A stretch of 64,000 nucleotides of DNA, taken from the NCBI GenBank assembly GCA_963802945.1, contig CAWDKY010000030.1:160001-224000 (forward strand), given 5' to 3'. The notes under the pieces are model-generated. The model was not told the origin of the DNA and searched no databases. It saw only the letters and a list, made by a program, of their open reading frames with translations. Made by a program: the position numbers and the translations under genes. Source of the DNA: an uncultured delta proteobacterium. Lineage in GTDB: Bacteria; Desulfobacterota; RBG-13-43-22. Shown one piece after another: positions 62,263 through 64,000 of this stretch (the first letter of the stretch is position 1; each line of letters starts with the position of its first letter).

Positions 62263-62597
62263 AGGTCCTTGTAAATCTCGCAAATTCCGTCACACCGGCC
62301 CCGCATCAAGTGCGGGATAGACTCCAGCCGGTGTCCAGGAAGCACTGAAAAGACTGGATTCCGGCTTCCGAGACTGTGTCGTAATGGCAGATAGAGCCGT
62401 CAAGGCCGTCATGCCGGCGGAAGCCGGCATCCAGACGTCGTCCCGGCGAAAGCCGGGAACCAGACCCATATGGATTCCCCCGGATCGAGTCCGGGGCAGG
62501 CTCCTCGTCGCGCTTCGCTTGCACGGAATGACAAAAATATAATTGCGACACAGTCTCTCCGCCGGAATGACGTCACGGGACTCTTGCAAAAGGATCA
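62263..62597. repeat. Composite REP/MITE between dprA and topA
   Basis: Stacked palindromes (GTCA..CCGGC..GCCGG..TCCAG; CTGGATTCCGGC..GCCGGAATGAC). Confidence 0.7.
62370..62557. mobile_element. 188-bp MITE nested in a REP hairpin, 3-bp target duplication
   Basis: TIRs GAGACTGTGTCGTAAT / ATTGCGACACAGTCTC (15/16), flanked by TCC on both sides. Confidence 0.8.
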
Positions 62598-62666
62598 TGA
62601 GCAAAAATAAAAATCCAGCATCTAATATCCAGTATCAAGAATCCAGTATCCAGTATCAAACCCCTC

Positions 62667-63776
62667 TTACCCGCGAACGAACATTTTCCCCGGCAATTGT
62701 TTGATCAGGCCCTTGAGTTCCATTTCCAGCAGTAAAGACAACATTGGGGCAATCCCTATTCCGGCCTGCCGGACCATCTGATCCACGTGAAGGGACCCAT
62801 CGGCCAGGAGGTCCCATATTTGTTTTTCTTTCGAAGAAAGAGAAGAAATTCTGTCAGGGACTTTAGATTTTGTTTTCGGCCCAACCTCGTTGGGTGATTC
62901 CTCCCAATGAAGTTCCTCCAAAATGTCCCCGGCATGTTCCACCAACTTGGCCCCTTGTTTGATCAGGCTATGGGTTCCGGAACTTTTAAAGGATTCGACG
63001 CTTCCGGGAACGGCAAAGACCTCCCTCCCCTGCTCCAGAGCCAACCGGGCCGTAATCAAAGAGCCGCTGCGCTGCGTAGCTTCAACAATGACCACTCCCA
63101 GGGCCATCCCGCTGATAATCCTATTTCGGATTGGAAAATTTTGACGTTCCGGAAGTGTGCCCAGAGGAAACTCGGAACAGACCATACCCAAATCAACTAT
63201 GCGATCATAGAGCTTTTTATTTTCCGACGGATAAATAACATCCAGACCTGAACCAAGCACGGCCACGGTCCTGCCTTGGGCCATCAAGGCCCCTTGATGG
63301 GCTGCGGTATCGATACCTCGGGCCATCCCGCTGACAATAGTCAATCCTTTTTGAGATAAACCCCAGGCCAATCGTTCGGTCATTTTGATCCCATAAGGAG
63401 TCCCCATCCTGGAACCGACTAAAGACAGGCAGTGGCTATCCTGAGCGGCAGGGGAACCTTGGTAAAATAAATAAGGGGGAGGATCATGGATCTGGGCCAG
63501 GAGAGGAGGATAAAGAGGATCGGTTAAGGTCAAGATCCCTATCTTTTGCTTTTCCAGTTCATCCAGTTCCCGCTCAATTTTTTCAGCCCTTTTAAATTTG
63601 ACAATGGCCAGGGCGATATTTTTCCTCATCCCTTCGATAGATTGCAAATCCCCAGGGTCGGCCTGGAAAACCTTTTCAGGAGATCCATACCTCTCAATAA
63701 GACGGGCATAGCTGACCTTTCCTAATCCGGCGATCCGGTTCAAGGCCAGCCAGTAATAAAGGGATTTGCGATCCAT
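62667..63776 (-). CDS. dprA: DNA-processing protein DprA
   Basis: VSGMARGIDTAAH, FPIRNRIISG, SGSLITA. Confidence 0.97.
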   Translation of the reverse strand: MDRKSLYYWLALNRIAGLGKVSYARLIERYGSPEKVFQADPGDLQSIEGMRKNIALAIVKFKRAEKIERELDELEKQKIGILTLTDPLYPPLLAQIHDPPPYLFYQGSPAAQDSHCLSLVGSRMGTPYGIKMTERLAWGLSQKGLTIVSGMARGIDTAAHQGALMAQGRTVAVLGSGLDVIYPSENKKLYDRIVDLGMVCSEFPLGTLPERQNFPIRNRIISGMALGVVIVEATQRSGSLITARLALEQGREVFAVPGSVESFKSSGTHSLIKQGAKLVEHAGDILEELHWEESPNEVGPKTKSKVPDRISSLSSKEKQIWDLLADGSLHVDQMVRQAGIGIAPMLSLLLEMELKGLIKQLPGKMFVRG

Positions 63777-63898
63777 GGTCCTAAGAAAAAAAGTTTATAG
63801 TTCAGAGTTCGGAGTTCAGAGCTCGGAGTTCAGAGTGACCGCTTGGAGTGATAAGGCTTTTCGCCATGCTCGTAACTGCGAACTTGTCTTTGACTTAC

Positions 63899-64000
63899 TC
63901 AGGCCGGCTTCGTGGGTTGAGGAACCTCTTGTCCGGGCCCGGCTAAGCCGGAAACAAAACTCCTGGCCACTTTGATACGCACCTTGTCGGCCACTTCCAG
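63899..64000 (-). CDS. yajC: 3' end of preprotein translocase subunit YajC
   Basis: LEVADKVRIKVARSFV..; only 33 codons visible. Confidence 0.7.
   Translation of the reverse strand: MEVADKVRIKVARSFVSGLAGPGQEVPQPTKPA

Noticed and set aside
62290-62604. ORFs of 104 and 81 aa between topA and dprA (also 20872-21087)
   Set aside because: They are translations of palindromic repeat elements.

Overview
Chromosomal window from an anaerobic Desulfobacterota (deltaproteobacterium)-like organism, judged from gene content. 1-15.5 kb is a Mo/W redox block: a NuoE / 2Fe-2S ferredoxin / NuoF-GltD-fusion operon, modABC, a shortened DVU_1550-1559-type aldehyde oxidoreductase (Mop) cluster, FmdE and FdhD. 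A shared 24-bp palindrome lies upstream of modA and of fmdE/mop. 15.8-29 kb is housekeeping (greA, ubiE/menG, selB, hsp20-lon, polyprenyl synthase). 30-54 kb is a split type II secretion system (gspG and gspD divergent; gspE-F-H-I-J-K-L-M-C/N convergent), interleaved with exported proteins, a W-type AOR and a TIGR04219-like outer-membrane barrel, and flanked by a sedolisin with two alternative C-terminal tails. 54-64 kb holds dtd, a GT9, trmFO, topA, dprA and the end of yajC, plus intact and decayed toxin-antitoxin genes. Intergenic DNA carries several MITE/REP families and 7-8-nt tandem repeats. Many genes, including normally essential ones, have small indels that look like sequencing errors, so their coordinates are manual joins. 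Best candidate for a new system: a T2SS-linked C-terminal protein-sorting system with exchangeable tails (YFIPNRKGGGAVIYLE / MPWLLLLLED). No rRNA, tRNA or CRISPR array was seen. All family calls come from motif recognition, not database searches.
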